Shown piece after piece: positions 63,675-64,000 of a stretch of DNA of 64,000 nucleotides. The translations under genes and the position numbers were made by a program. Below the pieces are notes generated by a model, which saw nothing but the letters and a program-made list of their open reading frames with translations, searched no databases and was not told where the DNA came from. Source of the DNA: Antedon mediterranea (taxonomy: Eukaryota > Animalia > Echinodermata); assembly GCF_964355755.1 (NCBI RefSeq), contig NC_092670.1:15486795-15550794 (forward strand), in the 5' to 3' direction. Each line of letters opens with the position of its first letter. Within the stretch, counting starts at the first letter, position 1.

Positions 63675-64000
63675 ATTCATGCAGCTGCTACATATTTTTG
63701 GGACACCTAGCTTAGCTCACTTTAGAGGCTACCCTGAGAGTATATATAAGCTGTTTATTGGCTCCCTGGATGTTTTAAATAGAACACCAAAATTCATGCA
63801 GTCCATCAGCAGCTACATGCTTTTAAGACACCTAGCTAGCTTAGCTCCTTTTAGAAGCTACCCTGGGAGTATATACAAGCTGTTTATTGGCTCCTTGGAT
63901 GTTTAACAAAGAACACCAAAATTCTTGTAGTCCATCAGCAGCTCCATATTTTTAGGACACCTAGCTTTGCTCACTTTAGAGGCTACCCTGGGAGTATATA
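63675..64000. repeat. ~130-bp tandem repeat in an NSUN6 intron, running off the window
   Basis: GACACCTAGCTTAGCTCACTTTAGAGGCTACCCTGRGAGTATATAYAAGCTGTTTATTGGCTCC repeated. Confidence 0.9.

Overview
AT-rich, intron-containing genomic DNA from an invertebrate animal (a marine deuterostome such as an echinoderm is plausible but not provable here); not prokaryotic, no CRISPR. Manual exon assembly with GT-AG sites and consistent phases gives ten protein genes: the 3' end of an unidentified gene (+), BBS5 (-), ZSWIM2 (+), PSME3 (-), MINDY3 (+), an unrecognised 399-aa type I membrane protein with a tyrosine-motif-rich tail (-), SDF2/SDF2L1 (+), PGAP3 (+), CFAP210/CCDC173 (-) and the 5' part of NSUN6 (+). 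Eight of them form four head-to-head pairs. Introns and intergenic DNA carry many non-autonomous DNA transposons (Harbinger-, Tc1/mariner-, Kolobok-, Ginger-, P-, hAT- and Helentron-like), minisatellites and degenerate tRNA copies. Top observation: the SDF2-like gene stops at TGA after ...DEKL, but the frame continues for 18 codons and ends in HDEL-TAA, which suggests ER retention switched by stop-codon readthrough. Also notable: the orphan receptor, a Helentron-like element carrying two tRNA-Val copies, a Ginger-like element with about 20 C/EBP-type palindromes upstream of the PGAP3 coding exons, and a decayed copy of a PSME3 exon behind ZSWIM2. Gene identities come from recalled human protein sequences, not database searches.
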